DNA of 52,583 nucleotides, the filler included, from Streblomastix strix (Eukaryota), in the NCBI GenBank assembly GCA_008636045.1. It is 3 parts of 3 records of this genome, joined end to end, with 100 filler letters (N's around TTAATTAATTAA, not from the genome) between each part and the next. Parts side by side here need not be neighbours in the genome. Positions count along the whole stretch, not along the records: positions 1 to 17,467 come from SNRW01000703.1; 2 more parts are not named here. The stretch is one strand, 5' to 3'. Position 1 is the stretch's first letter, and every line of letters starts with the position of its first letter. This document shows positions 1-12,813 of this stretch, one piece after another. The notes below the pieces were generated by a model that saw only the letters and a list, made by a program, of their open reading frames with translations, was not told the DNA's origin and ran no database searches. A program made the translations under genes and the position numbers.

Positions 1-555
1 CAATCTCATCTTTTAACAATTCAAATTAATCGTAATATTCTTGTTTAAACATATAATGCCATTTATAAATTTATTATTTTATATTCGTTTCAAATAATCC
101 ATATCTAGTAAAGATTGAGGAAAATTATAGGAGTTATGTTGTATTAAAATGTAGTCCAATTCATAAAGGAGATAGTTAATACTTTAAAGAATTATGTAAT
201 AGTTATGATGTTAATTTTTACAATAATTTATTTATTTTCTTCATACAATAAGATTTGAAAGAGTTTGATAGCGGCAACTACCTATGACGGAAGAAAAACG
301 TGATACAATTAAGGCTATTAAATCATAGATAGAAGATATTAAATTAAAACATATAGACGAATTTTAAAAAAAAAAGGTGTTCCATGTGCTAATGCATTAT
401 AATTTAAACCAGAAAATATAAAACAGTAATTCTTTGAGATTGGGATTAAGACTTATTGCGAACATAAAAAGATATAAAATAATAAATTTATAAATGGCAT
501 TATATGTTTAAACAAGAATATTACGATTAATTTGAATTGTTAAAAGATGAGATTG
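1..555. repeat. Perfect 84-bp inverted duplication at contig start (1-84 vs 472-555), probable whole-genome-amplification fold-back chimera
   Basis: The reverse complement of 1-84 (caatctcatc...ttttatat) is identical to 472-555; one copy abuts the contig end. Confidence 0.85.
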
Positions 556-650
556 ATTATGATGATAATGAGTTTTTAACGGATGAAAAGCTATAAATAT
601 TAGACCCCAACGGTGATTCAATCAATGTCCACAATGACGGAAATGTTTGA
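85..650 (+). pseudogene. Fragmentary, frameshifted coding remnant of unknown function
   Basis: With TAR=Gln, protein-like pieces lie in different frames (GVPCANALQFKPENIKQQFFEIGIKTYCEHKK; KWHYMFKQEYYDQFELLKDEIDY...DGNV-TGA at 648-650). Confidence 0.3.
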
Positions 651-1799
651 TTTTCAGTTCTATTTTTGGGTGTCAACTCAATAATTAACTACTTTCTGCT
701 ATAAGAAATACGTTAACATTTCCTTTCTATTCTCTCATTGTCTTATTGTCGCCTAATTTCTCTAATTAAGAGAGTGCCCACCTTAAGTGCCCACCTTCTA
801 TGAGCACCTGCCAACTCATTAAATGTTCAATTATTCATGGAGTTCATCAACGGTTTCATCAATGATTTCACCAACAATTTTAGACTTCCAAATATAATTT
901 CATCAACCAAATTCATTAGCAATCCTATGTTATTATGTGAAGAAGATCAGTGTCATACGTACAAGGAATATAAAATAATAACGTATTCATTTACATACAT
1001 CACTAATTCATTCATTAATCATACTCAATCGCGTCAATCATTAACATAATTCATTTGAATATTCTGTCTTACATTATTGATTCACTGATAATTATATTCA
1101 TTAAATAATCTCAATTTTTTTAAATTTAATTTATTTTCTTTATTTATAAAAATCTTTATTCATGGGGCACTCATTTTCTTCACATTTCCACTTTCATATT
1201 ATCTGAAAATAAAATAACAATTTTCATTAAAATTTAAATTTATATTTTTATTAATGATAAAAATATTATTATTACGCATTCATTTTGAGAATAGAAACAA
1301 TGAAGCCGACCTCCCGTGATGCTTCTTCGAAAAATTAAAATCAGGATATGGGTGATATTTTAGCTTTAAACTCGTTTTCCTCTCTATGCGCATGATTACA
1401 ATATAATTTTAGTATTTATAATTTTTATATTTTTATTTTATTAACTAATTTCTTGGAGAACTCTTCAAAAATATGCACAGAAGACATATAAAAATACATA
1501 TTTCTCTTAGATACCCTTAAACGGGTTCTTTGCTAACCTATCGATTAATTAATATATATAATTGTTATTTTATGAATTAATTTTATAATTAATCATCCTT
1601 TACAGTAAATATCGAATTTACAATACTGAATACCAGCGATTTACTTAGAATCCAACAAATATTAAATTCTTTTATTTGTATCAGCACTTTTTATTACTTC
1701 TAAAAATAAATGTGTATAAAATTTATTGTTATTTTACTTATTTTATCATTTTTTTTACTTTTAAATCAACTTAGAATTAGTTGATATACACTAGATAAA

Positions 1800-4172
1800 A
1801 TGGAATAATTATTAGGAGTCATGAATAAATTGATGCGCGTTTTTGCACAAGCAAACGTGCCAAACATTCAGCTTCCACGTATTGCTGTTGTTGGGTCTTA
1901 AAGTAGTGGTAAAAGTTCTGTAATAGAAGCCATTGTATAACGCGATTTCTTACCACGGGGATCTGGTATAGTTACACGACGTCCGCTTGTCTTGCATCTT
2001 GTTAATGAATCACGCAATGCGGATAAGACAGAATGGGGTGAGTTTGGTCATCAACCTGGAAAGCGAATTCTTCAATTTCCTCTAATAAGGAGTGAGATTG
2101 AACGTGTTACTGATTAAGAAGCAGGAAATAATAAAGGAATATCAGACAAACCAATCTTCTTAACAATTCATTCACCTAATGTAGTAGATCTAATTTTAGT
2201 TGATTTGCCTGGTCTTACTAAAGTAGCTGTTGGTGATCAACCAAAAGATATTGAGAAGTAAGTTCGTGATCTAATTGAATCATATATTAAGGAACCTTTA
2301 ACAATCATTCTTGCTGTATCACCTGGAAATGTAGATTTAGCTAATAGTGATGCATTGAAACTATCTCATAAATGGGATCCAGAAGGTAATCGTACATTAG
2401 GAGTCATTACTAAGCTAGATCTTCTAGATTAAGGTACAGATGCTGCTGATATGCTCCAAAATAGAGTAATACCTCTTAGATTGGGATATGTTGGATTAGT
2501 AATGAGATCATAGAAGGATATATCAGAAGATAAGGATGTTAAACTTGCTTTGAAGGATGAAGAAGCTTTCTTTAGACAACATTATGCTTACCAATCATTT
2601 TCAGATAGATGTGGAACTGCATATCTAGGGAAGACATTAAGTAAGATGCTTCTAAGTCATGTTTAGAGATTCCTTCCAGATACACGTAATAACATTCAAA
2701 CTTCAGTAAGACGCATTGAAGCTGAATTATCTAAATATGGAGCATCTCCTGAAGAATAAGGAGGATTTGGATCGGTTCTTTTGCGTATTATTTCAGAATT
2801 CTCTAATAAATATGCTTAGAAGCTTGAAGGAGAAGTGAGTGATAGTGAGTTGGAGCAGTTGAAGGGAGGTGCTCGAATCAATCGTGTTTTCAAAGAACTT
2901 TTCATTGATGATCTTTCAAAGACAAATATGGAACTTGGAATGACTGAAGAAGAACTCTTTGTATAGATGCGAAACTCTCTTGGTGTAAACTCTGCATTAT
3001 TTGTACCTGAGAAATGCTTCTACCAAATATCTGTTAAGTAGATAGAAAGACTTCGTGCGCCATCATTACGATGTTTAGAAGTAGCGCATTTGGAATGTCT
3101 TTAGCTTCTACGAACTACTCTCACTACTGTTGATGGCTTAGAACGTTATCCCAAACTTCGGTTGTAGCTAATAGACGAAACAACTAAACTTCTTGCTGGA
3201 ATGAAAGTATCAACTGCAGAAATGGTGAATAACTTGATTGATATTGAAGAAGCTTACATCAATACACGCCACCCAGAATTTGATTCATATGGATGTCTTG
3301 CTGCTATTGTTCGTGAATAAGATTAATCTCAACAAGGAGTTCCTGGAACAGCAAGAAAATAAGATTCAGGTCTATCAGGAGCAGGAGGAGGAGTAACAAC
3401 AAATCTTGGATAGCCTCCATAGAGAACTGCTCCTCGTGCACCTGCTGATGGAGGTTCAAATACTGATAGAGATTAAGATCGTGGTGGATAAGGTGGGAAT
3501 CCAGGTACTGATCAATATAATATTCTGGTTTAGACATTAACTGCTTCAGATTCTATGAAAGTTGAAATTGTGCGTAGATTAGTTCTGATGTACTACAACA
3601 TTGTACGTAAAAATATTGCAGATTCTGCACCAAAAGCAATCATGCATTTCTTAGTCAACAAGTCTAGGTAGAACATGTAGAATGAATTAATGACACGATT
3701 ATACAAAGAATCTCTGTTTTCTTCACTTTTAGCAGAAGATGAGGATGTCAGTAGACGTCGTACGATCTGCTTGTAACGATTGAAGGTTCTTAAAGAAGCA
3801 ATGGGTATTCTCGATGAGTTATCATTCTCAAGCACATTCTATGAACTTGGTCAATAACCAATGCCTACATTTGAAGTACCACAAGCAGGTGCCACTAGAG
3901 GCCCTACGCGTGTGCCCGAGCGTGGTGCTGAACCTCCTCGTAGCTCTCCTTAAGGCAGTTTCAAACCAACTAATGGTCTTCCACCTCCAAATTAACCTCT
4001 TGGATAGTCATTGCAATTACCTCCTCAATCTCAAATTCCACCACGTACTCAATCTCCACCTTTATAGCAGTTCAGAACACCTCAAACAGGGTAACAGTAG
4101 ATTTAGCCTCCACAGCAACCAACAACTGGAGTTACGCTGTTCCCGTAAATTGCTATGGGCAAAAAGAGGTGA
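1800..4172 (+). CDS. Dynamin-related GTPase (790 aa, intronless) with Pro/Gln-rich C-terminal tail
   Basis: [11 protein letters not shown]...[19 protein letters not shown]...[29 protein letters not shown], middle domain ([16 protein letters not shown]) and GED ([23 protein letters not shown]). One frame from ATG1800 to TGA4170-4172 when TAA/TAG=Gln. Confidence 0.96.
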
Positions 4173-4408
4173 TAATGTTAAATAAACTTCTTTCAGGTTA
4201 CAATAGCATTTCAATCGTTTTTCTAAGAGTTGTACCTACAAATATAATAAAGAATAATGTTTGTGTAAATTCATGAAATTTTAACATTTATTTATTTGTC
4301 AAGTTTTATTAACTGAGTAAAGTTACAAATATCAAAAATGATCTCTGAACCATTCGAGAAGCTTAATTCCACCTATCATTTCATATCTCTAAATCTATCA
4401 ATATAAAG

Positions 4409-7400
4409 TCATTTGGCAAGTTCTAATGCAAACAAGGTTGCAAGAGAAGTTTTTCCATCTTATATCTAATTTTATTTCTTCCCTTTCTTTGCATTTGCCT
4501 TCTGTCCGATTTAGATATTGGCTGTTTGTGCAGGAATATTACCTTCAAACATCTTAGCATGAATAAGAAGTGCTTTCTTAATTTATTCTTTCATTGCTTT
4601 ATGTTCAGTCGCTGAACGAGCAACGAGTACAGAAGAGAGAAGACCACGACGAATTGCATTGAGAAGGAGTAGAAGTGAATCAGATGAAGGAGTAAGACGA
4701 GAGAGGAAGGTTGTAATTTGCAGAATAAGTGACTGTGAGTGATTGTTGAACAGAGCTGTTGATTTTATTGGAGTTTCAGAGGAAACAAGTGATTGAAGTG
4801 ATATTGAATGTGCAGACGAACTGAGATTCAGCAAATATTCAGAGAATAATAACGAAAGTTCTTATTCCTAAAATATATTTATAAATATTAAGAAAAATTA
4901 ATAATAAAATGTGCATGCTTTTTTTTAGCTTTTTTCCATGCAATCCCATAGATGATCTATAATGTACATCCTTTCGTGAATTTCATCATCTTCTTCTCTG
5001 CAAATATTATCCATTTCAATAGGTACATTATCATTAATATGTTATCTTCTGCATCCATGAATAAATACGTCAAATATTACACTAGTCTAAAGTGAGATAG
5101 CAGAAAGAGGCTTTGATAATTATTAAACGACTAAAGTATCTCCATTTTATTTTGGTATTTACTTATCTGACAATTATGAAATAAGAATCTGATCTTCAGC
5201 ATTAGCTTCATTAACCATTATATTATCCTCATGTTTCTCTTTCTATCCACGTTTTGTATTCTTTCTCCCGAATAATTTATCTTTTTTCTCTTTTCCATAA
5301 TCTTTAGAAGAATGTACAAACAAAAGTGCAAAGAATTTTTCTGCTAAATGTTCAAGATGCATAAAGGATTTATTTGAAGAAGTTAGTCCATTTGATTATT
5401 TATATGTTTGACATCCTACAGACTTGTTTAACCCTAATTTAAACTAATTTGTATGTAATGGTTATTTAAGTATAACTGCAAATGGTTATGTGGATTGTTA
5501 TAAAATAGATTATTAAGGTGAAGATGATTAATTATTCCGTGAAAATGAAGGAAGCAAAGCTCTGGAAAGAGCTAGAATTGGATCAACACCTTTAAGCAAT
5601 CCATGAAGAAGTAGAGTTGAAATAATAATGAATGTTGGTTCACGAATACGTTTTTGAGCAACAAAAGGAAATAAATCAAGTTAATTTTAGTCGTGCATTT
5701 TAGTCATTTCTAATATATTTTCCTCTATTTTCTTATTTTCTCTTAAATGATCCTCCATTGTTGTGCATAATATATTTTATGGGTTTGAATTAATTGGTGC
5801 AAGATTACGTAAAGGATAATGAAGCAATGATGAAAGATCACTAATCAAAGAATGTGCTTCATTTGGTGCAGAAAGAAATAGTTCTCCCGATAAAATAATC
5901 AAATTATTGATATGATAATATTGAAGAAAAGATAATTATGATGATTTCATGTCTAAAACATTCTTAATGATTTTGTTAATTTATTAATTAATCTTATTCT
6001 TAACCATAATAATTGTCTTTTTAGCAAAGTTTGGACAGGAGTTAATAAATGAACTTATGAGACTTAATGCATAATTTTAAATAAGAACCTGAGAATGAAT
6101 ATCAAATTAAAACAATTAATTTTGATTATTATCATAGTTGGTGCTATTCTAAAAATCTTTTATGTCTTATTCTTATTAAATTGGAGTGTGAAATGCAGAT
6201 TGAATCCAAGGAATTAGCTTTCTACCAATCCAGCCATTTGCAATAACATCTTCCATAGCAGATTTAACACATCGAAGAAGAAAATCTTGCTCATTGTGCA
6301 TGTGCATATATGATGCACCAATTTCCTCATTATCTAATTCGTATTTTATTTCATCATTTCCTATTTTAAGTTATTTAAAATCTTATTCTTCAGGAATATT
6401 ATCTTTAATCATTTCATTTTAATGATTCGTTCTATTTTAATTCTTTTTTTCATTGGATTAATGCAATTATTCTGAAATAGCTTTATCTCCTTCATTAGAT
6501 GCTTGCAAAGAAAGATGTTATACAAGATCAAAGATAAATGACATAAATGCATTTAAAGTACAGAAAAGATGCCTTAATAATTAATAATATTCGGTATTAT
6601 GATTTAATTCATTAGAAAATAGAGATTAACTTTATAAGCATAATGGCTAACTTAAATCAAGAGACTTTATCATAGAAGATTTTTATTCTTCTTAGTTCTC
6701 GTGAAATTATTGTTCATTCTTTAATATTAATACTTATTCATCTTCAAACATTATTTTTGATTAGTAGTTATGTGTTTCAATAACAATTAGTTTAGAAATA
6801 TCATATTACATTTAATAGTTAATTGTTTATAATATATGAGCTGCAGTTGACTGTGGAAATTAAAGTGCAAAAATTAAATCCATAATTTAGAAATAGCTAA
6901 TCTATTAATGTAATTATAGTTATGATTACGAATCTAATTCATTTTCATTTGAACTAATAATATTGGTACCAGATTATAGAAGAAGCAGGTTGACTGCATG
7001 GTTCTCGAGATATAAAGATACAAAAGAGGAGAGGACTAAATAAAGAATTTTCGGTTGATTCTATTCATGGTAATCTTAATTATGATTTTTTGGGAGCAAT
7101 ATATTTGAATGTTGATTTACATTATTATTATCAATCTGATTGTGTATTCCAGTTCCTAACAGTGATACATGTAAATTATTTAGATTATTCTAAAGTAGCT
7201 AATTATCAATCATGTTGTTATCATTATCATTAATAACGTCCATATTTTTCATATTAACTTATTTCTACATAAAATTATTTTAATTATTATTTTTATCTAT
7301 AATTATTTTCTTTCTATTCTTTGATATCTATAATAATCTATCCTCTAAAGATGCATTTTCTAGCAATTCACGAATAAATTGAAGTGTGATTGGCAAAAAA

Positions 7401-10400
7401 ATTGGAGCAATGAGATGTAGAAGTGTTTGAGATTATTCATCCATATTATATTATGAATTATTTAGATTTAATTCATTATTATTGTTTTTAGTTTCATTTT
7501 ATCCAGAAAATGTTGTAAGGAGATCAATCATTTAAATAACTCTCCCAATATTACTATTTGGCATTTTCATTAGAATATGTTCTTTTATATTATTATCTTT
7601 TATACATTCAAAAATTCCTTTATTATTTAAGAAGAATGTAGGCAGGGTTATTGGATTTAATACTCCTCTTAAAGCAACCCATGCTCCATGCATAAGTTAA
7701 GCAGGTGTTAGAAGTCTTAGAGATGTTGCATCTGATTAGTTTGTAATATTTTACAGGACACTTCCATCTTCAGCGTTGCATATATCAAGCGGACAATTAG
7801 ATGTGAGTGAACTATACGGTTCTATAATATTTAATATTGATTATTCTTTACAATGTTCATTATTATTCACATGTTTTAATGCAGGGGCACAAGCAATAGC
7901 CACGAGATGTCCTATTACAGATGCAGTAAAGATTGATAATGGTGAATTTTATTAATCTGTTAGTTTAAACATATTTGTCTATTTTGTAAGGTCAAGAATT
8001 TAATTGATAACTTATTATATCACTGATAATTTATGTTTTGATAATATACTGAGAATAAAATAAGAAAAAGAAAATAATAATAATTTAAAAATATGATAAA
8101 AAGTAATATAATAATGATTTCAGACCATTCTGAAGAAATTGCTATATTGACTGCAGTTTGTTGTGGGCTATTCAAACACATAAGACGAGCTTTAAGAATG
8201 CTCCCAACCAAACTTTATGAAGATTATGCTGATTATGAAAATTATGAAGAAGCAGTGATATGTAATTAAAGAGCATTAGATAATTCAAATGAATCAAGAC
8301 GAAGTGTATGAAGAGAAATATTAGTACTTATTTCATCTTATATTTAATCTTGTTGCTGATATTTATTTGAATCATATTTTTGTTCTGAAATTTATTTTTT
8401 TTACCCATTATAACACATGCCTTTTTAAATATCTTCTTCAGAACTAGAATCTGACGTTTCAAACTTACTTTCTTTATACTCACTTGAATAATCTTCTTCT
8501 TCATAATCATTATTATTATTTTCAATTTCTTTTCTTTTATTTTTTATTTTTTATTTTATTTATTTTTTATTCAGATTATCATTTCTTTCTTTCTTTAACT
8601 TCTTTTTATTAAAATCTTTTATTTTATGCATATGAGGAAGTTATGATTGTGCAGATAATAATGCTGCTGCAAAAGAGCGAATATCAGCAGAAATTCCAGT
8701 AGCTGATTAAATTCCAGGAGAAAAAGTATTTATTAAGTTCGCCCTTGAAGCTTTCCAGATCAAATCATTATCACGATTAAAAATTATTAATTTAATCATT
8801 TCTTACACAGCACCAAGAGATGAAGGATATTAATTATAAGAAAATTTTGACGATGAAGGAATAGATTGAAATAATATAGAGTATATAAGAGGAAAAATGA
8901 AATGATGAAGAGTAAATATAAAGTGAGAATGAACACGAATATGATGAAATCTCTGTTAAATGAGTGGGCGTTGTGTAAAATCTAGAAGCTAAGTAGGTCG
9001 TACAATAGATACAGAATTGGATGTAAAATGTTATTAAAGAAGATTGTGCAGAATAGATGAGCTAGGAATTTTTCCATGAAGAAGGTTTAAAGAAACAAAA
9101 ATAACTCTGATAACAGCTTCATCGACAGGAACAGCTGTTTAAAATTAAACGCTGATGTTTTGCTGACTATTGCACTAGGTCGATTATATACCTGTAACAA
9201 ATGGATGTTAAAGCGAGTCATTAATCCACTCCTAGAACGATTAATATTTCTATTGTGACTGACAATCATTTATATCCTATAAAAGATCATAATATTGCTA
9301 ATATTATTCATTCTTCTATTCTTCATTGCAACCAGATGCTAATTCATTTATATTGAATTTACCATTTGAAACTTTCTAATTTAATTCTCTTCTTCTCGAA
9401 TCACTTAAAAAATGTTATTCAACACTATTCCAGGCTGTTTTAAGAATGTGTTCAACTACATCAAATGCTGCTCTTTGTTCACAAACACGAGCGAGGGATA
9501 ATTTAGCGCATTTTACATCAATATGAGAGTGAAAAGGATTTGCAATTAATAACGCATGAAGAATACGAAGAGCATAGAGTTTTTCGGTAGCTGTTGAAGA
9601 TATTATAGCTAAATTTTATGAATGTGATTGAGTTACTTATTATGAAAATGAATAAGATTGTTAGGTTTTAATGGATGAGAAAGATGTTGGAACAAGAAGA
9701 TGAGACACACATCGAAGAAATACATGTGCATGACAAAGTAAAAAAGTGTCCGATGATCTTAATGATAATTTTTGTACACTCAGATTGGAGGATGAAGATT
9801 GTAGATGTGTTTATTATTCATCTCTTTGCTCAAATTCTGCTGTAGTCCTTATAATTTACTGTTTTTCAATAGGTTATCCAGTTATTAGACGCAGAATCCA
9901 TCCAGCTGCACGAATACGAACATGAGAATCTCTGTCATGTAGAAAACATGTAAGCACAAGAAGTAAACAGCTAAATCTTCTGGGAATAAAAAACGGTTTT
10001 GTAGTCTTGGATACTAAATTTGTGTTTCTATTGTGACTATTAAAAGATGATTATCCAGAAATTTCTTAGTTTTACTTTTTATTTTCAAGCATTTGCTATA
10101 TCTGCTGTTAAGTACAAACATTGAGCAATTCATTCATTCTCAATTATAATTTAGATGTTAAGATATTACAGAAGAGATGTTCAATATTTTATGTATCAAT
10201 TTCAAAATTATTAATCTTTTTTTCATTATGATTAGCTTTGTTGTTAAGTATTATTAATTGAGTAGATAAATCTATTTACTACTTTATAATTAGATTTGAT
10301 ATAAATCTTTTCATTTATACCATTTTCTTCTCAGATTCACTGCAATATTTCTCATTGCTTAAAAGTTGTATGTTTAATTATTCATTTTCTTAAGAAATAT

Positions 10401-12192
10401 ATAAAGATTTTTCTTTCTAATTATTTATGTTATCCATTTCCATTTAATTTTCACTTTCTTTTATTTATATCTCTTAATAGTTATCTTATTTTGAATCTGT
10501 TATACTATCTTCATTTTCCTCTTTTTCCCAATCAAGCGTACAACTACAAGTCCATCCATCTCCAATCTAACTCGATTTTATTCCAGAATTTCCAACATTC
10601 ATGTCTTTAATTAATGCTTTTTATGAAATAAGAGATCCAATCATATCAATTACAAACTTTGTAATCGGTACACGTGAAGGAACAGAGTAATTATATATGT
10701 GGAAAGAGGGAAGAAGTTGATAATTGAATATAGAATGTTACTTATCCAAGTCAGAATTGTTAAGTGAATTAGCAAGTGCTGGAATGCACATCAATATCTC
10801 TCTAAAGCATACTTTTAGAAGAATTGGATTGTACATTGTCATAAGTTCTACAAACTTCATTTCAGCAACAGGAAGAGGATTGTTAGAAATTGTTGAATTC
10901 TTTCTCCCATCATCTTTATTCTCTTTTTCAATAATTTTCTTTGTGAATTTTTAGTTTGCAGCAGCTATAATATTGAGGCAGGCATTCATAATCCAAAATG
11001 AAGGTTTATGCAATCCAGTGTTGAAAAGATCAGTAAAAAAAGAAGCAAAAAATTAAAATTGCTTTTCTTATAACACCTAAGCAGATGGTAAAGAATTTGA
11101 TGAAACAGCAATTTCGTTGTGAGAATAAGGAACTCTGATCATTTACCAAAAGAAGTTCAAACTCATTATATGGCATATCGCACTTTCAAATAATTAACGT
11201 AAAAGACGTTTCAAAAAAAGACTTGCTCCACCAACTTGATCGGACAAAGTCAATTCTCCTGTTCCTCCAATTGGACGTTTGGAAAGTCCTTATATTGTTT
11301 CTCCACTCAATAAAGAAGCGCTGCTAACATTAGAAGTATACTATATAATAAATGAATATAACAAAACAAAAAAAATGAAAATTCAAACAGATAAATTCCA
11401 GTTCCAGCGAAGGCATTCAGCAATTGTCATTTACAAACATTACGCGAGTCGAATAAGTCGACTTGCATCAAAATAATCTTCAGCTGAAGGATATCTTATA
11501 GAAAGTTGATTTAAAAGCGAACATTTCTAACTTTCCCATTAATTTGCAATTGATATTCGTTGGTTTGTTTTATCTTTTTTTGACTCAATGTTCATCAGAG
11601 AATATTTACGCTCATATATTTATATATATATGCAAGTAAGAAACAATAGAATCTCAAAAGCTGAAAATAATATTGTTAAAAATAAATAATAATAAATGTA
11701 TAATAAAGCAAACCATTGAGTAAGTATTGTTTTTGTTAAGTAATTTCTGCCCCAATTATGACAAGAGATCTGTTAAGAAATAAATATATTTTCTACGGAA
11801 GTAAACCATCAATGTTTTATGCCTATATGTTCGCTATTTATTGAGCAATACCAACAACAAAATTGTTATCTTGAATAATTCTTACGATATCATCTAGCCG
11901 CCTTGATTTTTGAACTGTATTAAACAAGTTCTGAAGTTCACTATTATTATTATGGTTAAATATAATGTTAAAGGATCAATTTCATACTTTTCAGAGACTT
12001 TATTTGAGTGTTTCAAGTAAAATTACGAGGTTTGGAATGTTAAAAGATCTGGTGTTACAAAGAAAGATTCAGGAGAAGTCTTTAATAATTATAGATTATA
12101 AATAAAAAATTAATCAAAAAATGAAGGAGATAAAAAATGACCTGTTCTTCTTGATTCTCAAAGTTGGAGTTATCAATAAGTTGTTTCGACAT
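4409..12192 (-). CDS. Very large (~2,400 aa) multi-exon hypothetical protein, helical/HEAT-like with N/Q-rich inserts
   Basis: Starts MSKQLIDNSNFENQEEQ at ATG12192. Short AT-rich GT-AG introns (near 12090-12141, 11943-11987, 11661-11713, 11340-11388, 8049-8125) restore the frame. Long TGA-free exons contain HEAT-like segments (LTCFLHDRDSHVRIRAAGWILRL). First in-frame TGA is at 4409-4411; the true end may lie further downstream (see findings). Confidence 0.8.
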
Positions 12193-12813
12193 TTCACCTA
12201 TTAAAAATAAAAAAGTAAAATATTGACCTTAACGATCCTATAAACAAAAAAAATGTTAATTTGCAAATTATTGGATTTTTCAGCAGCTATATAGGTCAAA
12301 TAGATATTAATGTTGGTTATATTTGATTAAATGTTCATACTTGAATAAATAAATAAAAATTTGAAATGGTAAATTGAACATTACGTGCTAAATTTGATTT
12401 TGTTGATAATTGGATGTTTCGGCTGTATTATGAAAAATATAGCTGATGTATTTCGAATAAGAACACAATGAGAATATCAGAATATACAATAACAACCTTA
12501 GCAAACAGAGAATAACAAATATAAATTTTTGGGATATAAATGATTTCATAATAATTTCTGATGAAAGTTAATTCCAACTTATGTTTAACAAATAATAGAC
12601 CTAAATTATGCCAATTATATCTAAGGAAATATGAATAAAATTATTCAATTTTAAAACTGCTCATATGAGTGCACTAGGACTAAATTATACATAATTTACA
12701 TATAAATTGTTAATTCATTACTGTATATCACAAATTACAACAAAATTAAGCCATTAACAGCTAAGGAAATCCGACTTTAAATGAATTTTTAATTATTATT
12801 TTTTTGAATTTAG

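Noticed and set aside
1..555. Terminal inverted repeats of a transposon
   Set aside because: One arm sits exactly at the contig end and the other lies within coding-like sequence; the same pattern at 17568 points to an amplification artefact.
772..1172. Direct repeat agtgcccacctt (773-784, 786-797) with a short inverted match at ~1164-1172 as possible MITE or element terminus
   Set aside because: Only 8-12 bp, no target-site duplication and no second copy in the window.
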